64,000 bases of DNA from a virus (IMGVR_UViG_3300011116_001229); one strand, 5' to 3'; positions 20,292 to 29,723 are shown, counted from the stretch's first letter. Notes: generated from the sequence alone by a model not told the origin. Program-made: numbers and translations.

Positions 20292-20321
20292 ATATTACCA
20301 ACTCAGGCTAAGTTGTAACAA
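20292..20321 (-). promoter_or_regulatory. Putative sigma70-like promoter (TTGTTA-18-TAATAT, extended TG), 7 nt before ATG
   Basis: Minus strand reads ttgtta caacttagcctgagttgg taatat acgacca ATG. No SD motif. The spacer contains an imperfect inverted repeat (caactta/tgagttg). Confidence 0.45.
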
Positions 20322-20323
20322 AA

Positions 20324-21139
20324 TTAAGTGCAGTGCTCTGTGTTTTTATACTCACACCACATGCATGCGTCTCTATTCTTTATGGCTACTCCTCGCTTCA
20401 CAGAAGTCAACATATTGCTCACTACCTTGAGAGAACGTTTAATTGGTACTTCACCTAGAGGAACTGTGAATAATTCGCAATGTTCACCAGCTTTTGCTGA
20501 TTTCTTCAACAGCACGAACCCGCAACGAACATTCTTAAACGGTACATCAGGGTGCTTTTGACACCAATAATTCTTGTAAAGCGCCAACTGTGATTTCACC
20601 ATTTCATCTGAACGCTTTTCTCTGAACCAACCGCGCACTGTAGTCTTCCAGTCAAGAATCCAGTAGAGTTCTTCTCCGCGCTTGCCTTTGGTTTTAATGA
20701 CACCGTCAATGAATCCCTTAAAAGCATGTGGGTGATTCTCTACTGCTTCGTAGAGCTGGTGTTCTGCATCGACTACTTCCCATTGGGGGAATATTTCATC
20801 AAGAAAATTTGGAACTTCTGCAAGAATTAGAGCTGCTTCTTCCTTTGCTTTTGCGAGCGATGCAGGAGTAAAGTCTGGGTTGTCAGGATGTGATGCCCAT
20901 GCTTTTTCCATGTGCTCATATGCAATCTGAGGTTTCATCTCACGAGTTAAAAGATACTGTTCACAAGATGCATGTACTGCAGTTCCAAAGTCAAGAACCG
21001 GGGAGGGCTTTGACAGATCAATCTTTTTGACGTGCGTTAAATTGTGTCGATATGAGCACTCTTTCCAAAGCTTAACTTCGGAAAAAGAGACGTGAGGTTT
21101 TCCTGTAGGAAGAACGTCAAATGACGTATTTTCTTGCAT
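20324..21139 (-). CDS. PD-(D/E)XK nuclease, Cas4/AddB-like with Fe-S cysteines
   Basis: SFSEV..WKEC, FGTAVH, GFIDGV, ILDWKT, QLALY and C-terminal CMWCEY...HC (1+3 Cys arrangement). Confidence 0.85.
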   Translation of the reverse strand: MQENTSFDVLPTGKPHVSFSEVKLWKECSYRHNLTHVKKIDLSKPSPVLDFGTAVHASCEQYLLTREMKPQIAYEHMEKAWASHPDNPDFTPASLAKAKEEAALILAEVPNFLDEIFPQWEVVDAEHQLYEAVENHPHAFKGFIDGVIKTKGKRGEELYWILDWKTTVRGWFREKRSDEMVKSQLALYKNYWCQKHPDVPFKNVRCGFVLLKKSAKAGEHCELFTVPLGEVPIKRSLKVVSNMLTSVKRGVAIKNRDACMWCEYKNTEHCT

Positions 21140-21145
21140 TAATAC

Positions 21146-21174
21146 ATACTACAACAAGAGTGCGTCTCGTTCAA
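21146..21174 (-). promoter_or_regulatory. Putative sigma70-like promoter (TTGAAC-17-TAGTAT), 6 nt before ATG
   Basis: Minus strand reads ttgaac gagacgcactcttgttg tagtat gtatta ATG; no SD motif. Confidence 0.5.
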
Positions 21175-22145
21175 TGCCTCTTGTCTGACTCAATTTTTAG
21201 ATCGCTCTCATACATCATCTGAGCAAGATCTTTGAGCGTGTGTTTTGGTTTCCAGCCAAGTTTTTCTTTAGCCTTTCTGGCATCTCCCTGAAGAAATGGA
21301 ACTTCGTGGGGTCGATAAAGCCTAGGATCAATTTGCAAGAATTTTCTGTAGTCAAGGCGGGCAAGATCAAATACTTCTTCAAGAAATTCTTGAACTGTAT
21401 GACTTACTCCAGTTGCAATTACGTAGTCATCAGCAGACTCTTGCTGTAACATAAGCCACATTGCTTCAACATAGTCGCCAGCGAAACCCCAGTCTCTCTT
21501 TGCAGACAAGTTTCCGAGCACAATCTTGACTTGCTTTCCCATCTTTATTCTTGCGGCCGCGCGCGTGATCTTTCGTGTAACAAATGTCTCGCCTCGACGC
21601 GGACTTTCATGATTAAAGAGGATGCCAGATGAAGCATGCATTCCATAACCCACCCGGTAATTTCTAATAAGATGATGAGTGAATAATTTTGCAGCCGCGT
21701 AGGGAGATGCAGGCGACATTCTAGTATCTTCATTTTTCATGGAATCCATGTTATCACCATACATCTCAGAAGAGGATGCTTGATAAAATCTAACATCAGG
21801 TAAAATATTTCTACATGCTTCAAGTAAGCGCATTGTACCCATTGCTACTGAGTCAACAGTTTCCTCTGGGACATCAAATGATGTTCTTACATGTGATTGT
21901 GCTCCGAGATTGTAGACTTCATCTGGCTTATGCTCAGAAAGCAATCTATACATGGAACCAACATCATTTAGATTTCCATACACCAGTTTAAAATTAGAAT
22001 TATCGTAAAGATGATCAATGTTGGAAGTATTAATTACTGATGTTCTTCTCTTTACACCAATGACTTTATAATCTTTTTTCAGTAGAAGCTCAGCAAGATA
22101 TGAACCATCTTGTCCCGTAACTCCGGTGATAAAAGCAGTTTTCAT
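21171..22145 (-). CDS. gmd: GDP-mannose 4,6-dehydratase
   Basis: ITGVTGQDGSYLAELLL, YNLGAQSHV, YQASSSEMYG, SPYAAAK, LFNHESPRRGETFVTRKIT, LGNLSAKRDWG. Confidence 0.95.
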   Translation of the reverse strand: MKTAFITGVTGQDGSYLAELLLKKDYKVIGVKRRTSVINTSNIDHLYDNSNFKLVYGNLNDVGSMYRLLSEHKPDEVYNLGAQSHVRTSFDVPEETVDSVAMGTMRLLEACRNILPDVRFYQASSSEMYGDNMDSMKNEDTRMSPASPYAAAKLFTHHLIRNYRVGYGMHASSGILFNHESPRRGETFVTRKITRAAARIKMGKQVKIVLGNLSAKRDWGFAGDYVEAMWLMLQQESADDYVIATGVSHTVQEFLEEVFDLARLDYRKFLQIDPRLYRPHEVPFLQGDARKAKEKLGWKPKHTLKDLAQMMYESDLKIESDKRH

Positions 22146-23071
22146 TTATTCTTGCATCCTCTTAAATTTGGATAAGTTTTTACAAAATATTCAATTGTCT
22201 CTTCTAGTCCAATTTCAAGACTTGTGTAAGCAGGATCATATCCTAAAGATCTTAATTTTAAATTATTGCTTGGTTTTTTAAACTGGCCATCTGGTTTTGA
22301 TGAATCAAATTTTAAATTTCCCTTAAAGCCTATAATTTTTGATATGAGTGCCGCGAGATCTCCAATTGATATCTGTTCAGAATTACCAATGTTGATGGGC
22401 TCAGCGCTTGAATAATTTTCAGAGCACCATAGAATTATTTTTGCAGCATCTCTTGAAAAAGTAAATTCTCGCATTGGGCGACCGGAACCCCAAATAGTTA
22501 CATCTGTTTTTTGTTGTTTGGCAATAAAAAACTTTTTAATAAGAGACGGAATAACATGCCCACTATTAGTGTCGTAATTATCTTGAGGGCCGTAGAGGTT
22601 ATTAGGTATGACAGTGATAAAATTACAATTCCACTGCTGTCGATACGCTCTTGAAGAAACATCTAGCATTCTTTTCGCATAAGCATATCCAAAATTTGAA
22701 GCATGCGGCGGGCCGAGATGAAGTTGATCTTCAGTTAATGGGTACTGAACATAGGTAGCATCTGGGTAAATGCACGTAGAAAGAATTGATGTTAACTTGA
22801 GATCTAGCTCTTTGCACGCGTCAAGCACATTGCAATTCATTTTTATATTTTCATTAAAGAAGTCGCCAACAAAGTCTGTATTTGCTTTTACGCCTCCTAC
22901 TCGTGCAGCACAGTGTATTACGCTTGTGACTTTATTGCTCTTTGCGATTTGTATGAATTTTTCTTTATCGTTGATAAGATTGCATTCTTTTGAAGAAATA
23001 CCTACAGAATTCTGTTCTAATTTAAGAATTTCTGAACCTAAAAGGCCTGTACCACCCGTGATTAATTTCAT
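22142..23071 (-). CDS. fcl: GDP-L-fucose synthase (epimerase/reductase)
   Basis: TGGTGLLG, HCAARVGGVKAN, LSTCIYP, NFGYAYAKR, PNNLYGPQDN, HVIPSLI, WGSGRPMREF; coupled to gmd. Confidence 0.9.
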   Translation of the reverse strand: MKLITGGTGLLGSEILKLEQNSVGISSKECNLINDKEKFIQIAKSNKVTSVIHCAARVGGVKANTDFVGDFFNENIKMNCNVLDACKELDLKLTSILSTCIYPDATYVQYPLTEDQLHLGPPHASNFGYAYAKRMLDVSSRAYRQQWNCNFITVIPNNLYGPQDNYDTNSGHVIPSLIKKFFIAKQQKTDVTIWGSGRPMREFTFSRDAAKIILWCSENYSSAEPINIGNSEQISIGDLAALISKIIGFKGNLKFDSSKPDGQFKKPSNNLKLRSLGYDPAYTSLEIGLEETIEYFVKTYPNLRGCKNK

Positions 23072-23436
23072 TAGTCACCCTTAATAATTCTAATACTATC
23101 ATCTTCAAAATGTTGTGTTGAAACTTCAAGTAATTCTGAGTCTTCAATTGCTAGCATTTGATGTCTCAGTCCGGTCTTTACATGAAAAGTTTCTCCTCTT
23201 TTTAGAAAGAATGTTTCTGCTTTTTCTCTATCATCCGACTCAGAAACTGTTATTTCCATTAAACCGCTTAAAAGATAAAAAACTTCATCTTTTATTTCAT
23301 GATAGTGCCAACTACATCTCTTGCCCTTATTAAAACACAATATTTTTCCACAATATTTGTCCGTGTTTGTGATCCACAACTCTTTGCCCCATCCTTTTGG
23401 GTGTTCTTCAGGAAAAAATTTTTTAAAGCTACTCAT
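23071..23436 (-). CDS. Cupin-domain protein (ManC C-terminal/sugar isomerase-like)
   Basis: PKGWGKELW...SWHYHEIKDEVFY...GLRHQM metal-binding cupin motif. Confidence 0.75.
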   Translation of the reverse strand: MSSFKKFFPEEHPKGWGKELWITNTDKYCGKILCFNKGKRCSWHYHEIKDEVFYLLSGLMEITVSESDDREKAETFFLKRGETFHVKTGLRHQMLAIEDSELLEVSTQHFEDDSIRIIKGD

Positions 23437-23824
23437 TGAGGCCTCCTTTTTCTATTATTTTTGTGCTTGAAAATTCCGGTATTCTCTTAAAAAAATTGAC
23501 TTCTACTAATTCAGATCCTATTACTTTTTTATTTATGTAATCTGATCCAACAACCATGAGAGATGCGCCAGATTTTTTAATACATTCTACAAGCTCTTCA
23601 TCAGAAGAAAAAATTACAACTTCATCTACGTGTTTAATTGACTCAAGAACTCTTTTTCTATTGTCTTGACTATGAATAGGCCTGTTGGCTCCTTTTGATT
23701 TTCTCACTCTATCGTCAGAGTCGATACCAACAATCAGTTTATGACCTTTTTTCTTGGCATAGTCAAGCATCTCAATGTGACCTGCATGAATGCAGTCAAA
23801 GCATCCGTTTGTCCATACTATCAT
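23429..23824 (-). CDS. Heptose-1-phosphate nucleotidyltransferase (HldE/RfaE domain II-like, stand-alone)
   Basis: WTNGCFDCIHAGH (HxGH), LIVGIDSD, KGANRPI, VGSDY, FSSTKII. Start moved to the Met at 23824. Confidence 0.8.
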   Translation of the reverse strand: MIVWTNGCFDCIHAGHIEMLDYAKKKGHKLIVGIDSDDRVRKSKGANRPIHSQDNRKRVLESIKHVDEVVIFSSDEELVECIKKSGASLMVVGSDYINKKVIGSELVEVNFFKRIPEFSSTKIIEKGGLNE

Positions 23825-24569
23825 TGATGACTGATACTCCCCTTTTTTGTACGACGACTGTTGCACATTCATTTGCAAACTTTATTGCATCTTCAATTTT
23901 TACTCCATTTGCAATCTTAACTGCTAGAGCTGCTATAAAAGTATCACCGGCTCCTGAGACATCTCTTATGCTTACTTTTTTTACTTTAAAAAGCTTATTT
24001 TGAAAAACACAACCTTCTTTACCTTGCGTTATGATTAGTTTGCTAGAAATATTTTCATCAATTTCATCTTTAGATTTTTCATATTCGTATCTATTGATTT
24101 TTATGTATTTCACATTTCTACACCAGTCTCCTAAGACTTTTTTAGTATCTAAGAGAACATTTCGATGTGAAGACGAAATTTTCAAGATGTCATCTTTTGT
24201 TATAAAGCCTTTGTCATAGTCAGATATGACAACAACGTCATAACCTAAAATCTTGTCAAGAGTTTCGCTGTTAAGAATAAATTTTGAGTAACTTTTATCA
24301 TTGGTATCGACTCTAACAAACATATGATTTGTTCTGTCGTCCATGTATCTTGTTTTTTTAATTGTTTCCCAGTTTGAATTAGTTAAAATGTCACATGAAA
24401 CGTTTAAAGACATTATGTTGTTTTGAACATTGGCAGCCATGCCTGGATTTTCATTACTAGATAATTCTAAAAATACGGGTGCAGGTGCCTCGGGAGCAAA
24501 TCTTTCAACACTACCGTAGATGAAAATATCTTTACAAGATTCACCAATTACTAGTATTTTTTTTGTCAT
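23796..24569 (-). CDS. PfkB-family heptose-7-phosphate kinase (HldE/RfaE domain I-like, stand-alone)
   Basis: ILVIGESCKD...APEAPAPV, GMAANV, VVISDYDKG, DVSGAGDTF, ATVVVQKRG. Confidence 0.8.
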   Translation of the reverse strand: MTKKILVIGESCKDIFIYGSVERFAPEAPAPVFLELSSNENPGMAANVQNNIMSLNVSCDILTNSNWETIKKTRYMDDRTNHMFVRVDTNDKSYSKFILNSETLDKILGYDVVVISDYDKGFITKDDILKISSSHRNVLLDTKKVLGDWCRNVKYIKINRYEYEKSKDEIDENISSKLIITQGKEGCVFQNKLFKVKKVSIRDVSGAGDTFIAALAVKIANGVKIEDAIKFANECATVVVQKRGVSVINDSMDKRML

Positions 24570-24572
24570 AGT

Positions 24573-25586
24573 CTATCTTACAATTTCGGCAGTATCTTTT
24601 CTTACTTCGTTACGCCAATATTGTAATAAATCTAACATCGTTTTTTCAAAACTAATCTCAGGTTGCCAACCTGTGTGGCTCTTAAACTTATTTGTGTCAG
24701 GTATCTGAAGATCAGCATCAATGGGCCTAAGCCTATCCGGATCTACGACAACTTGTATGTCTTTAACTGTAGAATTTTTAAGAAGAAAATTTAACATGTC
24801 TCTTACAGAACACGTATAAGAGCCACCAATGTTGTAGTACTCGCCTGCGACAGGATTATTAGTCACAAGCATGTAATATGCTCTAACTGCATCACGAACA
24901 TCTGCCCATGTTCTAAGAGAATCTAGATTACCTACTTTTAAAATAGGCGGTATCTTACCGGCTTCTATTAGCGCAATTTGCTTAGCAAATGAAGATTCAG
25001 CAAAAACATCACCTCTGCGAGGTCCTGTATGTGTAAACATTCTAGTCGTCATGACTCTCATTCCATATGCTTCAGCATAAAATCTTCCAATTAAATCAGT
25101 GCCAACTTTGGAAATTGCGTACGGTGAAGCTGGGTGAAAGTTAACATCTTCGTGAATTGGCAGTTTATCTTTTGAAACTCTTCCAAAGACTTCGGAGCTT
25201 GCGCAGACATGTACGGTAATTTTTTTAAAGTCAATTTCTGAGAGTCTAATTGCCTCTAGCAGGGCGCATGTTCCAATTATGTTGGTCTGCAAAGTCTCAA
25301 GTGGAGAGTCAAAACTAGTCTTTGGATAACTTTGAGCCGCTAAATGAAACACATAGTCTGGTTTGACTTTTTTTATAAGTGACATTAGGCTTGCAAAATC
25401 ATTAAGGTCGGCATTGTGTAGTTCTATCCGATCTTTATCATTTATTCTTCGTGAGAGATGCTCAATATTTTTTGCTGGTTCGAACCATCTCATCATGCCG
25501 TGAATTTCCCAGTCCGTGTTCTCAAGCAAAAAGTCTGCTAAATGTGAGCCGACCATGCCAGTTATGCCTGTAATAATTGCTTTCAA
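24573..25586 (-). CDS. dmhA: GDP-D-glycero-D-manno-heptose 4,6-dehydratase-like (DmhA/WcbK family)
   Basis: HGMMRW, FHLAAQSYPKTSFDSPLETLQTNIIGT, HVCASSEVFG, RMFTHTGPRRGDVF, AKQIALIEAG and RLRPIDADLQ closely match my recollection of Yersinia/Campylobacter DmhA rather than Gmd. Confidence 0.7.
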   Translation of the reverse strand: MKAIITGITGMVGSHLADFLLENTDWEIHGMMRWFEPAKNIEHLSRRINDKDRIELHNADLNDFASLMSLIKKVKPDYVFHLAAQSYPKTSFDSPLETLQTNIIGTCALLEAIRLSEIDFKKITVHVCASSEVFGRVSKDKLPIHEDVNFHPASPYAISKVGTDLIGRFYAEAYGMRVMTTRMFTHTGPRRGDVFAESSFAKQIALIEAGKIPPILKVGNLDSLRTWADVRDAVRAYYMLVTNNPVAGEYYNIGGSYTCSVRDMLNFLLKNSTVKDIQVVVDPDRLRPIDADLQIPDTNKFKSHTGWQPEISFEKTMLDLLQYWRNEVRKDTAEIVR

Positions 25587-27448
25587 GTTAACTCCATCAG
25601 ACCATTAAGATTAAGTGCATCAAATCTCGATTTCCAGTATTCAGAAGAATTTAGATAAGATTTTGCGATAGTATTTCTCTTTTTCGATTCTTCAACATTA
25701 CCAAGTTTTTGGTCAACAACGCTTAGAAATAAGTTAGCCAGCGGATTATCTTTTGTCATTCTATCACAAATGTCAGTTAGAATCATTTTTTTCTTAACAA
25801 GTCTATCTCTGTCTTTTAGCTCCAAAATTGGTGCGTAATTAATCCAATAATCAACTAGCAACCAAATATCGTGAAGCTGTTCTCTAGTTGGTATCACATT
25901 CCAGTCTCCCTCAAAAAGATTAACAAATTTTTCAACTTTATTTTTTTGAAGCTGCTCTTGTTCTCTTTGTTTCTCTCCCTGTCTAACAACAAACAATTTA
26001 GAACCATCACCCTCTTTATTCTTTTTCAAATTGATATCATCGATAAGACCCAATGAAACCATTTCTTCATAAATTTCAGTGGAAGGCAGTGGAGATAAAA
26101 GCTGTATGCCGTACCAGTCAAGTCCAACATCTTGCGCCATCTTGACAGTCTGCATCATTTGGCTCAAGGTCTCATTCGGAAAACCAATTATTAAAAATCC
26201 TCTAGTAAAAATTTGTGGGTACTTCTTTAGAAGATCTCCCACTATGTAATAGTGATGAACTTTAGACGGTTTATGAACAGCTTTTAATATAGAATCGCTT
26301 CCGGACTCTAATCCAAAAGTCATTCCAATGCAACCAGAACGTGCAGCTGACTCTATTAGAGCTGGTGTTTTTGCAGCTGCAGAGGCAATTATTCCATTTG
26401 ATGCACACCATTTTATATTTAAGTTTCTATCAGCCATTTCATTAAAAAGTTGTACGGCTCTTTCTTGATCATAGAACAGATCATCATCTATCCACGTAAC
26501 ATGACCGATTCCATATTTTTCTTTTACTTTTGTTAGCTCATCAATAACTGACTCTATGCTTCTTGCTCTAACACCGAAACCATTAAAATTTCTTACGCTG
26601 CAGAATGAGCATCTCGCTCGACATCCTCTGTTTGACAAAATTGAAGTCGACTTTATCTGTTTGGGCAGCCACGATCTATAAGATCCGACTTCACCTAAGC
26701 TGCTATACAAGCTGAGATCTAGTGAATCATAGTCGGGTATTATGTTTAGATCATCTGCAGTTGGAGTCGCTCTAGAGTCTACAGCGACATACTCACCGTT
26801 AATAATGGTTGCTATTTGGTTTAATCTATTTAAATCGAGTTTTTTGTTTATAACATCAATAAAATCGCAAAAACTGACATCAGACTCATACAAACCTGCA
26901 AAATCAATATTATTACTTTCACCGAGTACAAATTTAGTTGCATTAGTTACATGTACACCGCCAACGATGGTAGGAATCTGAAATTCTTCTTTTGCAAAAT
27001 TAGCAGTTCTTATCAACATTTCATGACCCATAGTAAACATGCATGTTAGGCCTACTAAGTCAGGTTGGAAATTATTTACAGACTGTTTTAAGCTAGACTT
27101 CCAATGATTCTCAGCAAGCTCTCTAGCAGATTCATTATCTTGAATATCACTTCGTCTGTTGATTAGGTCCAAGATTTCAAGATTAAAGTCTATGAGTTTA
27201 ACCTCATATCCTCTATCTCTTAGGGCTTTACAAAGCACAGCTATTCCATAAGGTGGCCATGCGTAATATCTAGAATTTCTTGCTTGTCTTATCTCAAAGT
27301 GCTCAGTGTTAAAAGGCAGGGAATTTACTAATAAAATTTTTCGACATCCATTTTTAAAAGTTGTCTCTATCTTTCCGTAAATGGCTTTTTTAGTTTCAAG
27401 ACTTTCTGGGGTTGCATTAATTTCAAGCTGTTTGAGCTTTTTTAGCAT
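25583..27448 (-). CDS. Cobalamin-binding radical SAM enzyme (class B methyltransferase-like)
   Basis: N-terminal B12 domain (PPYGIAVL, PDLVGLTCMF, VGGVHVT); SNRGCRARCSFC (CxxxCxxC); DDDL; GLESGS; LIIGFPNET. Confidence 0.9.
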   Translation of the reverse strand: MLKKLKQLEINATPESLETKKAIYGKIETTFKNGCRKILLVNSLPFNTEHFEIRQARNSRYYAWPPYGIAVLCKALRDRGYEVKLIDFNLEILDLINRRSDIQDNESARELAENHWKSSLKQSVNNFQPDLVGLTCMFTMGHEMLIRTANFAKEEFQIPTIVGGVHVTNATKFVLGESNNIDFAGLYESDVSFCDFIDVINKKLDLNRLNQIATIINGEYVAVDSRATPTADDLNIIPDYDSLDLSLYSSLGEVGSYRSWLPKQIKSTSILSNRGCRARCSFCSVRNFNGFGVRARSIESVIDELTKVKEKYGIGHVTWIDDDLFYDQERAVQLFNEMADRNLNIKWCASNGIIASAAAKTPALIESAARSGCIGMTFGLESGSDSILKAVHKPSKVHHYYIVGDLLKKYPQIFTRGFLIIGFPNETLSQMMQTVKMAQDVGLDWYGIQLLSPLPSTEIYEEMVSLGLIDDINLKKNKEGDGSKLFVVRQGEKQREQEQLQKNKVEKFVNLFEGDWNVIPTREQLHDIWLLVDYWINYAPILELKDRDRLVKKKMILTDICDRMTKDNPLANLFLSVVDQKLGNVEESKKRNTIAKSYLNSSEYWKSRFDALNLNGLMELT

Positions 27449-27466
27449 GTTGAATCCTCCAGTTAA

Positions 27467-28903
27467 TTAGTCTTCTCTAATCCCTAGATCTTTTTTTCTC
27501 AAGTCATCAGAATAATATTTATCAAAAACTCTGCACACAATATTGGTAAATTGTCTACCTGACTCAGTGAGACGTATTTGATTTTTTTCAATGACTAAAA
27601 TCTCGTCTTCTTCAAAAGTTTTTATTTTTAACATTTCGTCGCTAAAGTAGCTTTGAAAATTAATTTTATGTGCTTCTTCAATAGATGAAAAATTAATTTC
27701 AAAATAATTTCTTATTTGCTGTATTACATCTTTTCTTACGAGGTCATCAGCTGTTAATTCATGCTCTCTATAGATAGGAAAACAGTTTGACAACACTGCG
27801 CTAGTATAATCTGACATGTCATAGAAGTTTTGAAAATAAGCATTGCCAAGAGTAGACTCACTACTTATTCCGAGACCAATGATGTTGTTATACTCGCCGG
27901 GTGTAACACCCATTGAATTCCAGTAGACCTTTTTTTGATCAACTGCTTTCGCAACATCATCAGAAGGTTTAGCAAAATGATCGTAGCCAGTTCGAACATA
28001 TCCTCCATCAGTTAACACATCTTGTGCAACACTAAAGAGTTCTTTTCTTTCAAAGAAGTCAGGAAGTTTAGTTGGTCTACCATCTTTGCCATCTATCATG
28101 AATTTCTGCTGAGGTGCAAAAACAGGAGAGTAATGAAGATAATTTAAGCAAATTCTTTCAGGAGAAAGTCGAACGCATTCTTTTGCTGTTAGTTTAATTG
28201 AGTCAACAGTTTGGTGTGGTAAACCACAGATAATATCAAAATTGATTCCATTCTTAAATAAGTCTCTTATCTCATGCGTAAGCAGGTCTTCAATTAACTC
28301 AACTGGCTGGATTCTATTAACGGCATTTTGGACTTTTGGATCAAAGTCTTGAATTCCAAAAGAAATTCTATTAATTCCTTTGCTGTGATAATACCTCATT
28401 TTTTGAACATCAACTCTTCGAGGATCAATTTCTATTGCAAATTCTCTCAGCCGTTTTATGTCCACAATCTTTTCAAGCTTCTGGCAAAGTATATCAAATT
28501 CTGTTTCCTCTATAAAAGTTGGAGATCCTCCGCCGAGGTGAATTTCTTTAACGTCTAATTTAATTTTATTATCAGCGAGGAAATTAGAAAAATAATCAAT
28601 TTCTTTGAATAAAATTTCCATGTAGTCTTTTACTTTTTGATAGTCATTGGTAATAGACATATGACACGTACAGAAATAACAAAGCTGTTGGCAGTACGGC
28701 ATGTGCACATACAGCATTGATGATAGCTTATTCTGTTTGCTTAGTGTGATGAGTGAGTTCTTAAATCCAATATCATTTTTATTTTGACTCCAAAATCTTT
28801 TATGTGGGTAATGAGTATACATGAACGCGCTGTGCTCATATTTCTTAGCTAGCACTGTCAGTCTAGTCTTTTCAAGTCTCTCGTCACTGCTCTTAAACAA
28901 CAT
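27467..28903 (-). CDS. HemN-like radical SAM enzyme (coproporphyrinogen III oxidase/class C methyltransferase family)
   Basis: YTHYP, LYVHMPYCQQLCYFC, IHLGGGSPT, EIDPR, NRISFGIQDF, INFDIICGLPHQT, GYDHFAKP. Confidence 0.85.
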   Translation of the reverse strand: MLFKSSDERLEKTRLTVLAKKYEHSAFMYTHYPHKRFWSQNKNDIGFKNSLITLSKQNKLSSMLYVHMPYCQQLCYFCTCHMSITNDYQKVKDYMEILFKEIDYFSNFLADNKIKLDVKEIHLGGGSPTFIEETEFDILCQKLEKIVDIKRLREFAIEIDPRRVDVQKMRYYHSKGINRISFGIQDFDPKVQNAVNRIQPVELIEDLLTHEIRDLFKNGINFDIICGLPHQTVDSIKLTAKECVRLSPERICLNYLHYSPVFAPQQKFMIDGKDGRPTKLPDFFERKELFSVAQDVLTDGGYVRTGYDHFAKPSDDVAKAVDQKKVYWNSMGVTPGEYNNIIGLGISSESTLGNAYFQNFYDMSDYTSAVLSNCFPIYREHELTADDLVRKDVIQQIRNYFEINFSSIEEAHKINFQSYFSDEMLKIKTFEEDEILVIEKNQIRLTESGRQFTNIVCRVFDKYYSDDLRKKDLGIRED

Positions 28904-28935
28904 AGCTATCTCCCACTAAAAATCGACTTATAGTT

Positions 28936-28964
28936 AATTTATTCCGATAGAGAAAAATGTGCAA
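28936..28964 (-). promoter_or_regulatory. Putative sigma70-like promoter (TTGCAC-17-TAAATT) for the radical SAM pair, with SD GGGAG downstream
   Basis: Minus strand reads ttgcac atttttctctatcggaa taaatt ... gtgggagatagct ATG. Confidence 0.45.
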
Positions 28965-28967
28965 AAG

Positions 28968-29723
28968 TCATCTTAAGTTAATTTCTCTTCTTTTTGCATT
29001 TTGACCAATAGCAAAATTCGATCCCTTTGCAATGTAGCAGAAGGAATGCCATGGTCTCGATCTTTCTGAGGTATTTGGATAAGAACCATGTACACAATGA
29101 CCATGAAGAAATACAACTGATGATTTAGAAATTTCTAGGTCGACTTTTTCAGTCTTAAAATCATCTGGTAGAGTACAATTACTACCTGGGTTTTTATCGT
29201 GGTCTTCTCTAAAACTTTTTTGAGGTTGAGCGTCCAATAATCCCAACTTATGCGAGCCAGGATATACAAAAATTGTGCCATTTTTTACATCTGTATCTCT
29301 AAGAAACCAGTTAGCTGTTATATAGTTGCCATGCTTATCACCAGGATACCAGCCATCTTGATGAATACTCCATGCTTGACTCGCGTATCTAGAGTATGCT
29401 TCTTTAAAGATAAACTGGCTGCTTAAGCCTATCATTTCTTTGCCCGATAAACTCTCTAACGCAGAGACTAGCTTAAAATTTTTCATAGCTGATAAAAAAT
29501 AGTTGCAAGTTTCTTCTATTTCTTCTAATGTTATATTTGATTTTGGTCTCTCGTCTTGTGCTATTAAATCTTCATAACGGTCAGGATTAACAATTGCAGC
29601 GAAGTCAATATTTGCATGTCTTCTTATTAGTCTATTGCACTGATCAGCATCATCTTTAGTAAAGATATCATCTACGACTAGAAAGCCATTTTCATGAAAA
29701 AAATCAATCTGCTGTTTTAACAT
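28968..29723 (-). CDS. Phytanoyl-CoA dioxygenase (PhyH)-family 2OG-Fe(II) oxygenase
   Basis: FFHENGFLVV, WSIHQDG (HxD), YPGSHK, HGSYPNTSERSR (distal His, Arg). Confidence 0.85.
   Translation of the reverse strand: MLKQQIDFFHENGFLVVDDIFTKDDADQCNRLIRRHANIDFAAIVNPDRYEDLIAQDERPKSNITLEEIEETCNYFLSAMKNFKLVSALESLSGKEMIGLSSQFIFKEAYSRYASQAWSIHQDGWYPGDKHGNYITANWFLRDTDVKNGTIFVYPGSHKLGLLDAQPQKSFREDHDKNPGSNCTLPDDFKTEKVDLEISKSSVVFLHGHCVHGSYPNTSERSRPWHSFCYIAKGSNFAIGQNAKRREINLR

Noticed and set aside
20324-21139. CRISPR-Cas locus suggested by the Cas4-like gene
   Set aside because: No cas1/cas2 and no repeat-spacer array; no intergenic space is large enough.
27467-28903. Assigning hemN (heme biosynthesis) as the function
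   Set aside because: The family call is solid, but the N-terminal motif deviates and there are no other heme genes, so the symbol was withheld.
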